This document shows positions 1 to 16,343 of a stretch of 64,000 nucleotides of DNA, piece by piece. How positions within the stretch are numbered: the first letter of the stretch is position 1; each line of letters begins with the position of its first letter. Origin of the DNA: Eledone cirrhosa (lineage: Eukaryota); NCBI GenBank assembly GCA_964016885.1, contig OZ024743.1:180544001-180608000 (forward strand), in the 5' to 3' direction. The notes beneath the pieces were generated by a model. The model was given only the letters and a program-made list of their open reading frames with translations. It did no database searches and was not told the DNA's origin. Position numbers and translations under genes: made by a program.

Positions 1-1010
<1,010 letters not shown>

Positions 1011-1187
1011 ACTTAGGTCCCGGGTTGAGTCGGGGATAACCACAGTAAGTAAGGTACTCAATACATGGCAAAGTAATTTTTTTTTATTTTATAGAAGGAG
1101 CTTCTACAGGACTAGTACTGTTTAATTCAGATGAAATCTTCAGGAAGATTTCATCTGAATGAAACAGTACTAGTCCTGTAGAAGCTA
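1011..1187. mobile_element. Family A HHR-bearing short element (PLE pLTR/retrozyme-like), collapsed foldback with two defective HHR halves
   Basis: Homologous to 28646-28778 and 35724-36082. 1099-1187 is an inverted repeat. The minus-strand HHR has GAAA mutated to TAAA, and the plus-strand half lacks the CU of CUGA. Confidence 0.75.
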
Positions 1188-3461
<2,274 letters not shown>

Positions 3462-4034
3462 CTTAATAGACACCTGAACTGTTGACCTTTCAACATGACT
3501 GCAATTCACGCACACATCCCTACTGACCATTATCACAACAATGAACCTCTTTACTACACACACACATACACACATATTTGTCTTAAAAGACTTATTTTTC
3601 AGTGACTTCTCAATCAGGCGAAAAAGGACACTCTCCGACACACCTACATTTGGCGCAAAATCAATTTTTAACATTCACGTGACCTCTACCGACCAATCAA
3701 ATTTGTTTTGACTACAAGAATGTTTGCAACACGAATTGGCGCGAAATTTATAGTACTTATTCACTTGACATTCAACAACCAACCAAATCTTAATACCTCT
3801 GGAGCCACTTTTTTCACATAAAACAGGAAGAATTTCCAAAACTGGTCTGATTAGAGGAAACATCACGGGCGCTCTATCTCAAAATTATTTTTGAAAAGCA
3901 TTAGAAATGCGCAACCGGTAAAAATCTTAAAACTAAAACTGAATACTAACCAATACTTATTACTAATTAATACTTATTCTTAATCAAACTATTTTTCACT
4001 GGGAAAAATTTGTCAGCATTTTCTTTTCCTTTTA

Positions 4035-4105
<71 letters not shown>

Positions 4106-4694
4106 ATATGTATGAATGTATTTATGCATATATGTCAATTAAATATTTACTGCAAATGGAACACAATAATACCAGTGATATGGCGAGAAAAATAGAACAC
4201 ACTGGGTATGTTCTTTTTCTTCGATTTCTAGTTGGTGAGAGGTGGTGCTGTCTTCTCAATCAATACGCTACTGTGAGCGCCGATGGATGATGAACTCCGA
4301 TGATGATATTCTTCCACGCTTTTCTATCCATGGACCTGACCTTAGCATGGTCTAGGGCAGTGTTTCTCAACGGTGGGCCAAGGGCCCACTCAGTGGCCCC
4401 GGGACAATTTTGAGTGGGCCCGGAGAAATTTCAGTGGGCCTGGAAATTTTTTCAGACTTTCTTGGAACTTAAGATCACACAAAATGACTAACTTTTTTTA
4501 AGTCTGAATGGTCTGTGATAAAATCACATGACTTAAGTTGACCTGCATTATTTGGGGTGCAATAACGCAGACACCTGCATATGTCTGCGTTCTTGCACAT
4601 TCATGCACACCTGTGCGTACTTAAGGCATATCTGTTCCTGAAATCTGGGTGCAATAGAAATGAAATTGAGTTGAGGTTTTTTACATTTCGTCTT

Positions 4695-5174
4695 GTGTTA
4701 CTGAATTAATTTCGCCACTGAATTAATTTGTGTTACTGAATTAATTTCGCCACTGAATTAATTTGTGTTACTGAATTAATTTCGCCACTGAATTAATTTC
4801 GGCCGGTGAACCCCAACGAAAGTTAATCCCGCTGTTTATCCCGTTGTTTATATAAAGTGACTAAAACAAATGTAATATATTTATGGTTAGGGTTAATTTT
4901 AGGGTTAGGGTTAATTCAATCCTAACCCTAACCCAACCCTAACCCAACCCTAACCCAACCTTAACCCTAACCCTAAAAAATAACCCTAACCCAACCCTAA
5001 CCTTAACCCAACCCTAACCCAACTATAACCCTAACCCTAAAAAATATATTACATTTGTTTAATCTTTAGTCACTTTACGGATATAAACAAGGGGAGTAAC
5101 TTTGTTTGGGTTTCACCGGGCGAAATTATTTCAGTGGCGAAATTAATTCAGTGGCGAAATTAATTCTGCACCCC
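4695..5174. mobile_element. Non-autonomous foldback/MULE-like element nested in the hAT, with central TTAGGG/CCCTAA-like repeats
   Basis: 9-bp TSD TTTCGTCTT at 4686-4694 and 5175-5183. Long inverted arms are built from CTGAATTAATTTCGCCA subrepeats. G...C termini. Confidence 0.8.
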
Positions 5175-5772
5175 TTTCGTCTTGCGGATCTATTTTGCAG
5201 TTTTTACTGGGTGAGTATCCTGTTTTCTATAAACAATTTCCAACCTTTTTATTATTATTCTTTATGTTAAAAGCGAATAATGACTTTTTTCTTGTATAAT
5301 AAAGTTGTTCCACATTTTTAATGCCATTAAGGCAACATACAGAATGGGCCAAAAGTATGTACACTATTAGTAAAAATGCATTTTACAAAGAAAGAATATG
5401 CTATTACATTAATTTGTACTTTTTTAAGCAATTTAGATAGCTTTTTGGTACGCGGTAATCGCGTCTAGAATCATTTGTAGATAATTACCTCCAACCACAG
5501 TTCCATAAATGAAATTTGTTCCGTCAACGCTTTTGCTGGTCAGGTTGTCTACATTGCGTGATAAAGCAGTTATATCTTCAGGATAAAATGATTCGTTCAG
5601 ATTAAGCCTGCTTTGAACCACCCGGCTGCTTAAATAATATGACATACATGAAAAGGGCTCGCAAAACCATAATTGTTAATTTGCCATGATATCTAACATT
5701 TACCAGCTTTTTGCCGTACTCAACCTTTTGCCGTTTTCTTTCGTTTTAGTTTTATCTAATTTTGTCAGCGTC

Positions 5773-7593
5773 ATGTCATCGAATTCTACCAAACGACTGT
5801 TTACTAGGAGCTATAATGAAGACTTTCTACTTCTCGGCTTTGCACCATCAGAAATCGATTCCGATAGGTCCGAATGTGTGGAGTGTGGAAAGTTAATGAC
5901 AAATGATTACATGAAGAAGTCAAAGTTATTACCGCATCAAAAAGCTGCACACCCGACCTCCGTTGGAAGAAGTGTTGAATATTTTAAGAATAAGTTGGAA
6001 ACACGCAGAAGAAAGTCACAACTTCCGATGCAGATGTTCATGCGAAAAAAGAACGATGCTAACAAAATGGCACTTAAATCGAGTTATATCGCAAGTGAAA
6101 TGGTTGCAAAGGTGTGTAAACCTCACACGATCGCCGAACTCTTGGTAGAACCGGCCATGCTTGCGTGTGCAAAGGAAATGTTGGGAGAAGAATCCGCCAA
6201 TATTTTATCGAAAATTCCACTTTCCAACGACACAATCAAACGCAGACAGGAGGAAATGGCAGCAGATATTGAAAATCAGATGGTGGAGAAGATTCGAGTA
6301 CTCAAATTTTCTCTCCAAATTGATGAAACGACTCATCATAACTGTGCATTTCTTCTTGCCTATGTTCGGTTCATTGAGGGAACGTGTATTCGTGAAGAAA
6401 TGCTTTTTATGAAATCATTGAAAGACACAAAAAGCGAATCCATTTTTGCATCAGTGTATGAATATTTTGAAGGAAAAAACATCCCACTTTCTAATCTCTT
6501 TCAGATTGCCACAGACGGTGCAAATGCTATGACGGGTGTACATAATGGATTCATTGCAAAACTTAAGAAATTCGCACCGCACGTCTTATCCATACACTGC
6601 ATCATTCACCGTCAAAACCTTGCAGCCAAATGCCTAAGTAGCGACATGGAGCATGCACTTCAAGTTGCTATTTCAAGCATTAACTTCGTAAAAGCGAATG
6701 GTCTCTACAAACGATTGTTTTCAGAACTGTGTGAAAATGAAGAACATCGTGCACTTCTTTTACATACCGACGTTCGCTGGCTTTCCAAGGGAAATTCGCT
6801 AAATCGTCTCGTAAAATTATGGGATCCGCTTTTTCTATTTATACAGCGATTGGTGACTGGGGCATGCAGACGAATTCAACGAGAAAGAGCAGGCCTCCTA
6901 GTCGAAATATTAAGCCACAACGATACTAAGACCAACATTTTTTATCTGGCTGATATTTTTGCACACGTTTGTTCATTAAACAACACCCTTCAAGGCCGTG
7001 CGACTACAATAGTGTATTGTACGGAAAAAATTCGATCCGTCATCTCTAAGCTTAATTTATGGTCCAATCATCTGCAGAGACGTGAATTCCCATGCTTTCC
7101 AAATCTCTCCAAAACCACACCTTCTGACGCCGTTTTGATCAGCTGCGTCGACCACATAAGAAATTTACAAACTGATTTCAAACGATGATTTCATGATATA
7201 CTGGACATGAAGCCGCCGCAGTGGCTGTTGGACATTCAAAACTTTGATGTTATTAGCGACGAAACTCTGGATCCTAATCTTGCAGTCGACTTGCTGGAAC
7301 TCAAAGAGAATGCGCTATTGATGGGAAAAATGGAACGCGAGGGCCTTCGCGGCTGGCTTAATGTGGAAAAAATATTTCCAAACCTTTATAATCAAGCCTT
7401 TCCTTTTATTCTCTCTTTTCCTATAACGTGGCTTGTTGAATCTGGTTTTTCCACGTTAAATGATATTTTTTTGAGAAAAAGACACCTTCTTCAAACCATC
7501 AACCGGGGAGATTTGCAGCTCAAGTGGAACCAATCCTTTGAAGTCCAAATCGACAGTCTTGTTGAAAGACATCAGGAGCAGTGCAGCCACTAG
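5773..7593 (+). pseudogene. hAT (Buster-like) DDE transposase with one in-frame stop at 7186-7188
   Basis: BED-like CVECG...H, SLQIDETT (D), IATDGANAM (D), HCIIH (CxxH), VRWLSKG, WLVESGFS (E). ORFs 5686-7188 and 7207-7593 share a frame. DFKR*FHD probably arose from CGA>TGA. Start codon inferred. Confidence 0.92.
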
Positions 7594-7938
7594 CACTGAG
7601 CATTTGAGCATTGTTAAAACGACCATTAAATTTTTTCTTATTTTTTATCGACTTTTTATCAAGAATTCGTGTTCTTCACTCGTGAAATTTAAATGCAGTC
7701 GGGATAATATGGGGGTAAGTGTTCCAGAATGCTCTTTGAGCACTCACCCTGGCAATTTCTAGGGAGTAAAGTGGGCTGGGAGAACAAAAATATTGATAAG
7801 CACTAGTATATATATCATGTGGGGGTTATAGTCCGGAATAGTTTTTGAGCACTAGTTTACGCTTGTAAAATAAGTGGGCCCGGACATTTTTCGGGAGCTA
7901 AAAGTGGACCCGTGGGTCAAAAAGGTTGAGAAACACTG

Positions 7939-8045
7939 GTCTAGGGCCTAGACTCTAGGCCAAGCCACTGCGATTTCAAATCCTCCGCGATTTGTTTCGC
8001 CCATGTTTTCTCCGGTGCGCTACGCTGGATTCTCCAATTCATGGG
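7939..8045 (-). pseudogene. RTE-type LINE RT C-terminal fragment, split by the hAT insertion (other half about 4305-4357)
   Basis: The minus strand translates ...WRIQRSAPEKTWAKQIAEDLK... and, across the TSD, ...HAKVRSMDRKAWKNII. This resembles the RTE 'R.RGRP.KTW...DL...A.DR..W' tail. Confidence 0.55.
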
Positions 8046-8473
8046 TCGCTGTCATGACAAAATGTGGGTATTTTAGATGCCTGATGAATCATATGACTCC
8101 TATTTACTGGATGCCCATATATTACCGAGTAAAATGATGACTTTATAATTAAATCACTAGTATGGTGAATTATAAGAACCATTCAGACATGGAAATGAAA
8201 GCACTTAAAAGAACAACTACACAACGAGAAAAGCAAATAACAAACACAAACAACTAACGAACATAAAAATATTGAGAATTTAAAACAAGAAGTTAAAACC
8301 AACATATTCAAACCAGATAAATTAAACAATAAATCGCAACAGACACACACTAAAAGAGACGAAGAGAACTGACCAACAAAACTGATTCAATTTATAACTA
8401 ACTGTCTGGTTAGGTCGCTGGGTAAGGTTTGGATCAGCTCGTACAAACACAAAGGAAAATTACATAAAAGATT

Positions 8474-9085
8474 ATAATAACAATAATTGTGTCTACTTTG
8501 GGCACAAGGCCAGCAATTTAACGTGGAGAGGAAATTCGATTAAATTGACACCAGTGCATTACTGGTGCTTTATTTATCGACCCCGTAAGGATGAAAGGCA
8601 AAGCTAACATCGGCGAGATTTGAACTCAGAACGTAAAGGGCCATAACTCTATGCTGCAAAGCATGGTATCTGACGCTCTACTGATACTGCCAATCCACCG
8701 CTTTTAATAATAATAATGGTTTCTTATATAGGCACAAGGCCAGCAATTTTGGGGGGAGGGGAAAGTCGATTAAATCGACCCCAGTGCGTAACTGGTACTT
8801 TATTTATCGACCGCGTAAGGATGAAAGGTAAAGTTAACCTCGGCGGAATTTGGACTCTGAACGTAAAGGAACGTAACTCTATGCCGCGAAACGCATATTG
8901 TCCGACGCTCTACTGATACTACCAATCCACTGCCCTAAATAGTAATAATAATAATAACAATAATAATTGTTTCTACTTTAGGCATAAGGCCAGAAATTAC
9001 CCAGTGCATTACTGGTACTTTATTTTATCGACCCCGTAAGGATGAAAGGCAAAGTAAACCTCGGCGGAATTTGAACACAGACCGT
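8474..9085 (-). mobile_element. Three tandem tRNA-derived SINE copies (about 8474-8702, 8705-8936, and truncated 8941-9085)
   Basis: Mutual similarity. Minus-strand B box GAGTTCAAAT and an A-box-like 5' end. The central GCCTTTCATCCTTACGGGGTCGATAAA resembles the Meta-SINE domain as I recall it. (TTA)n tails. Confidence 0.85.
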
Positions 9086-9407
9086 AATAACAATAATAAT
9101 AATAATGGTTTCTTTTATTTGACACAGGGGCCTCGTATGAAAGGGACAATACAAAGACTGTTTAGAGAAAGTACTGAGGTTTCCATATAAATCAAATGAG
9201 TGTATGTTATGACAATAACTGTGTGGCTGGCTCCAGAGTAGCTGCAATTACACAACAGCCAGCCGTTATCTAGCTCTAAAGTTAACAATAATTACAATTA
9301 TTGTTAAAATATTTCTTACCGTATATGTATGTCTCTTGCAGATTCTTATTACGTTATTGATTTCTACTTACTAACTTTTGGGAAAGCGCTAAACGAATAC
9401 ATATGGT

Positions 9408-9745
9408 TTATTGTTGTTGTTGTGTGGTGGTGGTGGTGCTGGTGGTGGTGCTGGTGGTGGTGTTGGTGGTGCTGGTGGTGCTAGTGGTATTGGTGGTGGT
9501 GCTGGTGTTGTTGGTGGTGGTGCTGGTGATAGTGGTTTTGGTAGTGGTGGTGTTGTGGTAGTGTTGGCGGTGGTAGTGGTGGCGGTGGTAGTGGTGGTGG
9601 TGGTAGTTTTGGTGGCAGTGGTGGTGGTGGTAGTAGTGGTATTAGTAGTGGTGGTGGTAGTGGTGGTGCTGGTAATGGTGGTGGTGCTGGTGATGTTGGT
9701 GGTAGTGGTATTAGTAGTGGTGGTATTAGTGGTGGTGGTAGTGGC
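9408..9745. repeat. Degenerate (GGT)n trinucleotide repeat
   Basis: Direct reading; it explains the poly-T/P and poly-V/G ORFs. Confidence 0.95.
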
Positions 9746-10248
9746 TTTCACGTAATTATCGACGAACTAAAGAAGAGAACTACGTGGTTTAGCAAAGATG
9801 ATAGAATTACCAAGTAAACCGCTCTCAAATATCACGCTATGAGGCTTTAAGAATAATGGATTCATTGGATAAGCACCAGGGTCGGGATTTTACATCTCTC
9901 TCTCTCTCTCTCTCCACATATATATATATATATTTATTTATGTAATAGACAACATAAGATAATTATTTCATTTACCAGTGGTTTCTTGAAAGCAGATATT
10001 GTATCTGTTTACAGTCGTAAGAATAATGGATTTGGAAAACCTAGGTTCTAGCATGAGATGTTATGTGGATTTTTCGACCAAAGATACGTTTAAAGATCCT
10101 TCGACCTAAATCGGATATTAGTTCTGTTGAAGAACGAATTGCCTGTGTATTATGATAAACCTGGAAATGTCACTTTCTAACTCCTTGATATTTGCAGATC
10201 TTGTGGCATATGTGGAATTAATAAGGGTAAACTGGTTTGTATATTCTA

Positions 10249-10901
10249 CTAGCAGTGGTACCCGGCATTGCACGGGATAAGGTATTTTGGAACGCGGGCC
10301 GCCAACAGACCTAATCGTGGAAAAACTGCATGCCTGGACAATATGTAAAGAAAATAAACCGAATACTCTGATGGCTCGATAATCTTTAAGATTTTCCTCG
10401 AAGAAGCGGGAAAAATGCCGGTTTCCACCTAATGCGGGCCCTAGGGGATCAAGAAAATGAATTGTTTTTACGTGTATAATATGCCTTGAAATTTCGGGAA
10501 AAATCGGCTAGACGTAACGTCTCAAAAAATCCCTAAAAAGCTGAAAAAATGAAGTTTTTCACCTAATGTGGGCCCTAGGCGAGAAAAAAGTTGAATTTTC
10601 TTTGCTCACGATATGAAGAAGAGTCTGACTAATATATAGTTATAATTTCAAGGAAATCGGTCTGACGTAACGCCTCAAAAAAAACCTAAAAAGCTAAATA
10701 AAACGCAGATTTTCACTTAATGAAATTTGTTCACCTAATGAATTTGTCTATGTGCATACCTCCCCCCCCCCCCCGAAACATAAGTAATACACATGTAAAG
10801 TTTGAAATAATCGGTTGGGTACTTCTCGAGTTTTAGGGATTCAAACTCATAGACACACACATACACACACAGACAGACATCCTCAGTTTTATATATATAG
10901 A
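10249..10901 (-). mobile_element. Non-autonomous Helitron
   Basis: Minus strand begins TCTATATATATAAAACTGAGG and ends CTAG. Subterminal hairpin CCCGGCATTGCACGGG (10261-10276). Inserted between A and T with no TSD. Confidence 0.88.
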
Positions 10902-11009
10902 TTGTCAGTAGGGAGTGCCATATTGTGTAAACTAGTTTGAAATTAAAGTCCTACCTCTCACAGGCAGTCTGCCAAAATGTGTGTAAGTAGAGAAAGTACC
11001 ATTAATATC

Positions 11010-11340
11010 ATGTTCCCGTAGTGGCTCTTTTTTTTCCTCTTTAATATTTACTTGCATTAGCCTGTGTTATTCAAACGTTTGCACGCTATCCCATATTTTT
11101 TAACGCAAGGTAGAGCAACCCATCACAAGGCTTTCCAGGTTTCTGGAGTCAATTCCTACATTCTTCAAGTTCTCCTTCACAGCGTCCTTTAAACTTTTCA
11201 TTAGCTTACTCTGTTTTCTTTACCCATGTTCAAGTTCCCCATAAAATAATCGCTTAGGGATACGCTCGTCAGCCATACAGACAATATGTCCATACCTCCA
11301 GAGTTGTTGTTTTTTTTCAGAATTATTGCCTGGATGGAAC
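11010..11340 (-). pseudogene. RTE-clade LINE RT C-terminal fragment
   Basis: Translation QQLWRYGHIVCMADERIPKRLFYGELEHG matches the RTE 'QLRW.GHV.RM...R.PK..LYGEL..G' motif. Confidence 0.8.
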
Positions 11341-11605
11341 AAATACCATATGCAACTAGAAAGTTTGAGTGGGAACTTGATAATTTCCATTTTATTGTCA
11401 GAATAGACAAGACAAATACAGAGATAGATAAAATAGAATTTCTTATTAGCTTCACGCTTATGAAGAAGTAGAAGCGGGTTTCGACGTGTCGGACATAAGT
11501 TTTTCTTCGGGAAATGTAAAGTTCGGAGAGAGCGAGAAAAGTTTGGAACATCGACATCGACTTTAGAAAAAGAAGTTTTAACAAAGTTGAGCAGTCGGCG
11601 ATTTG

Positions 11606-11677
<72 letters not shown>

Positions 11678-11682
<5 letters not shown>

Positions 11683-12168
11683 TATTGAAGTTTGCTTGAA
11701 GCATTGTGGAATAATAAGGTAAATTTCTTTAAGTCGTTTGGAAGCCTCGACAATGCAGATGGGTAAATCTCCGGGTAACAAGATCCGGTGGTGGAGACAG
11801 AGGTGTAAGTGGGTGTACGTTGAGATGCGTGGCACGTATAAGACTGTAACGTGTAGAGGAATGAAGGAATGAGCGTAAAGGATAAAAATAAAACCTCCCC
11901 CCTCCCCCAGAAAAAACCCCAGTTGATGGATGTGAATCCGAAATATATAGGGACAATTAAATCTCTCCCAAGGTAACTCTTTCTCGTGTTGTTATTTTTT
12001 TTTTATCCTTTACGCTCATTCCTTCATTCCTGTACACGTTACAGTCTTATACACGCCACGCATCTCAACGCACACCCACTTACATCTCTCTCTCCACCAC
12101 CGGATCTTGTTACCCGGAGATTTACCCATCTGCATTGTCGAGGCTTCCAAACGACTTAAATAAATTTA

Positions 12169-12170
<2 letters not shown>
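11678..12170. mobile_element. TA-embedded foldback element (arms about 11718-11892 and 11997-12170)
   Basis: ~175-bp near-perfect inverted repeat flanked by (TA)n on both sides. A degenerate HHR-like motif lies in the spacer (11917-11952). Confidence 0.75.
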
Positions 12171-12226
<56 letters not shown>

Positions 12227-13273
12227 ATAGTCAGGAACGAATGAATTTATATATGCGATATTTTAACACAAAGATTCACTTGATCACATCATTGCACTGA
12301 TAACCATCAAACGAAACATTAACTTTGGAATGTTATATATTGGCAAATTGTCTGTGAAAAAATGATATTTGAATATTCCAATTATTTCACTGTTCGACAT
12401 AAACACAATGGTTAGCTGCCAAATTAATTTAATGCCTCTCATATTTTCATTCTACCATTCCGCAATTAAGTTTTTAAATTTTTACTCTTGGATTTTATAT
12501 TCACAAAATGTATTAATATTCTTTCCATACATATGATTAATAGGTGTGCATGCAAAGTTTAATTTCATTTTGGAAACCTATACTGTATTTTATTTATAGA
12601 AAAGATCGCTTCATTTTCATAATATTAATGTTAGAACATTAATTTTTTTTATTAAAAGTTCCTGTTTTAATGCTTAAACAAGTTTGTGCAATGATCCAAT
12701 GACATCACGTTGTAATTTCTAAAGAAAAAAAAACATAGTTTAGATATTATTAAAATATGTTTAAATTGATGATAAATTCTGTTATTATATTTTTTAATTA
12801 AAAATCGAATTAAAGATTTAACACGAAATAACGATACATTTTATGGAGATATTACAAGTATTAAAATATTTCATTTTTTTACAAAAGACCAATTTAAAAT
12901 TACCTCCGAGTTAAAGAGCTCAGAAAATTTAGGAGTAAACATAATTTTTGAAAATACTCCATCCTTGTCGAATTGCATTTATTTTACCATATTTATTGAT
13001 TTGGTTAGTGAATTGCCTCGTAGCATTTTTCTTAGTTTTGGCTAAATTATATTTAAGAAACAAATCAAATGTTAGAATAATTAGCTGGATGTAATTAATA
13101 TTTTCAGACATTTTAGAAACATTTTCAAAGTTTTGTTGTTTTATTTTGTTTTAGAGAGTGGTGGAGGGAGAGATATTTTGTTGTCGCAACGTGTGTTAAT
13201 AAACGCATAGGGAAAGGGAAAAGAAAGGACTCTAGTGTCACAGAAGGAAAAGGAGAGGGTGATAAGCTCTGGA

Positions 13274-13456
13274 CAATAATTGTTTCTACTTTTGGCACAA
13301 GGCCAGCAATTATCCCAGTGTATTACTGGTACTTTATTTAATCGACCCCGTAAGGATGAAAGGCAAAGTTAACCTCGGCGGGATTTGAACTCAGAATAGC
13401 AAGGGCCGTAACTCTATGCTTGGCATCCGACCCTGTACCAATACTGCCAATCCACG
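13274..13456 (-). mobile_element. tRNA-derived SINE, same family as 8474-9085
   Basis: Shares GGCACAAGGCCAGCAAT...GACCCCGTAAGGATGAAAGGCAAAG...TTTGAACTCAGA with those copies. Confidence 0.85.
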
Positions 13457-15225
13457 ACAATAATGTCACCCCATACCTAACTGACTTCTACCATGTCTAC
13501 CAAACATTGTGATATTACTTGACAAAGACGAGTTAGGGTTGTTCATATTAATTTAGTTGCCTTTGACCATCACATGTTGAGTGAGAATATTGACCATCAT
13601 TGTCATTAATAAGAAACTATTTGACCATATTTCTTCAATTTTTATTGGTCCTGCACAACTAACGGTGGCTTACAACACAAATCCCTTGACTCTCCCTTAT
13701 CTTCATCAAGACTTAAAGTCCTCTTTGAGCTAAACCTCGAGAACAATACCTAACCTTCAAAAATGAGTATCATTTTTTAATTCAGCGCCCCGAATTCAGT
13801 AAAGATCAACTGATTTGGTTTCCGAAGCGACTTTGGAGTAAAGTTACTCGGTAGATATGTAGATAACAAGTTTGGCTTTTACAAGTAACCCTCTTCTTCT
13901 GATTACCGAATGCAACGTCAGAAATATATATATGTTTCCTTTCAATTGTCATTTAACTATATTCCTGTTATATTTGATAGCAGACCATCAGCTGCTACAG
14001 TAACGTTTGAGTAATTGACACAATTACTGATACTTATTTATGCTTTTATGTTATTCGTTCAGGACACGTAGGATTTGGTTTGAAATTCATTTGTAATATA
14101 TACAGATGCTGGGAAATTTAGTGGAGAGTATACATAATTAAGTTGACACAAGTTTGTTATTGTTACGTATTATATAGTTTCTATGAAAGAAGGAAATGAT
14201 TTAAATAAAGATTTAAAGAATATAAATAATACTCTCATACTTTCTTTCAACCGAGCTACCCTTTAGTGTTCGGCTGGTCTGCAGATCTACTATCCTGTGC
14301 TGCATTGTTGTTTGTATATTAAAACTTAAAACGAAACTCGACGAAGTACGCAAAATAGAAGTAATATTATAATAGTGTATACATTACTGTAGAAGAAAGG
14401 TTATATCTCTATAGCCCATGAATTCAAACTTATGGCTGCTTAGTAGGGTTAGGTGAATGAACAACTTGGACAATACTGCTTCACCTAAAATATCAGCAAT
14501 ATGTATCAGATGTAGTCATATATATATATATATTAAAATAACATTAAAGTTTAAGCAAAGAATCGCTGCTTTCCCACTTAACTACGGTTCTTATATATTT
14601 TATATATATTTACCCTTATCGAGCCCTCTTTCGATTTTAGTCTTCAAATTTATTATTATTAATATATAAATATATATATATATGTATATATATATGTATA
14701 TAGATATGTATATATATGTGTGTTTGATGGTAGCTAAGATGCTTCCATAGGCGGTATGCCAGTTGAGCACTCTATGTTCTTACAGAGCAGAGTGTGATAT
14801 AATATAAAACGAAAAATCAGTGATCCATCTTGACTCAATTTATTGTGTATTACAATTGTTTCACCGGCAGACAGCTCGAGACACGATCATTGTATGGATC
14901 TGTCTGATTCTGGAAACTGCAGGTTCGTCGGACACTGGCAATAATTCCGGATCAAATTTTCTCACTGGGGTGTTAGCGTCAAAAAACATCTTCCTCGCTT
15001 GTCCTGCTGTTGGCTGATGTTTTTCTACGTCATCATAAATTCTGGCCAATAGTTGCAGTCAGGTTGTCCATCAGCTACCCCCTGGCTGACACACTTCAAT
15101 AAATTCATGCTGGGTTTGGTATTTCACAAGTCCACTCGCACACACATCTACACATATACGCACACACATACACATACACATACACACAAATATACATACA
15201 TACACGCATACATACACATATGTAC

Positions 15226-15258
<33 letters not shown>

Positions 15259-15291
15259 CACAGACTCACATACACACAACCATATAACTAA

Positions 15292-15510
15292 CAACATACG
15301 CGTCCTCCACATAACGCACAGCTGGAAGAATTTGAGAATCGTATCATCAACATCGTCCGTAACATCAAGTTCCGAAGGAATAGTACACGACATACGAATT
15401 ACCTCAGGAGTCTAAGCTCTACAATCAAAAGTATGGAAGAATGCCAGTATTTACTTGTGCCCTCAGACAAAACTGGTAATGTATACAGGCTTCACCGTTT
15501 TACATACAAC
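15292..15510 (+). pseudogene. Penelope-like element (PLE) RT N-terminal fragment (DKG-type motif)
   Basis: Open frame QHTRPPHNAQLEEFENRIINIVRNIKFRR...QYLLVPSDKTGNVYRLHRFTY matches the recalled PLE pattern 'PP...L..FE......IKFR...V.ADKT.N.Y'. Flanked by TA/CA microsatellite. Confidence 0.65.
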
Positions 15511-15766
15511 TACACAGGAACAGTGTTGAACAAAAGGGCGACGATGGTTGCCGAGCACTGTACGACGAAATTCAGGCTGTTTGTTTACAAACAAACCGAA
15601 CATTATAATAAATGTTCGGTAATCCCATACGTACATATATATATATATGTGCATGTATGTATATATATATACATCATACTGTACATCTGTACACATATAT
15701 GTATGTACGTATAAATACTTATACATATATATACATATACATTTTTCAATGACATTTTATTATTTG

Positions 15767-15972
15767 TTCAATCATATTTTATTATTTGTTTGACCCGAAT
15801 AGCTTGCTCGCTTCTATGGCTTTGCGGTTAATGGTTTAACCATCGTCTCAGTGTGTTTGGCCTTTTAACGTATGTTTATTGCTCTAGTTCACTCGCTTGC
15901 CACACATTTCGGAAGTTGTTTTTCGCTAATTTCCAATAGCCGAAATGCAATTCTCGCTGTTTTATATTTGTA
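15767..15972. repeat. ~210-bp direct repeat, second copy at 23561-23778; part of an older repeat interrupted by the Helitron
   Basis: TTCAATCATATTTTATTAT...GACCCGAATAGCTTG...TATATTTGTA is present at both sites. Confidence 0.85.
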
Positions 15973-16343
15973 CTAGACTACTCGTGACCCGTTGGGTCAC
16001 CAATATTTCAAAGTACCCGAAAAAACCGCATATCTCAAGATACCGTGGTCCGATTTACGTGAAACTTCTCTTTTCGCAGTATTATTCACAAGTATTTTCA
16101 CAAAGAAAATATCAAGCCATTTTTCACTAATAGCTCTCCTTTCACTCCACATCAAATTCTCTTTTCCGTATCTCTTTCGATGTTTGACTGTTTGTTCTGA
16201 AAGATTTTTCTGCTTAAAAAGTTGCAAAGTTAATGAAAGACTGGTTTTATTTACAAAAATTTGAAAGAAATTATTCGTACTTGTTAGCTTTAATTATCCT
16301 TTCATTTTCTGACGTTAGAATTAATATTTCCTCATATTTATGT

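Larger units (their letters stand above)
4358..7938 (+). mobile_element. Full-length hAT DNA transposon, Buster/Charlie group
   Basis: Perfect 14-bp TIRs CAGTGTTTCTCAAC (4358-4371) and GTTGAGAAACACTG (7925-7938). The 8-bp TSD GTCTAGGG lies at 4350-4357 and 7939-7946, with the central TA typical of Buster targets. Transposase inside. Confidence 0.96.

Noticed and set aside
4884-5040. True telomere or chromosome-fusion site
   Set aside because: The repeats are short, degenerate and enclosed by inverted arms and a 9-bp TSD, so they are part of a transposon.
8080-8100. CTGATGA motif
   Set aside because: No properly placed GAAA or closing stems.
9389-9755. Mucin-like or Gly/Val-rich ORFs
   Set aside because: Explained by the (GGT)n repeat.
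11436-11516. Minus-strand CCGAAGA...GTCGAAAC motif
   Set aside because: Variant core with no clean stem III or NUH geometry.
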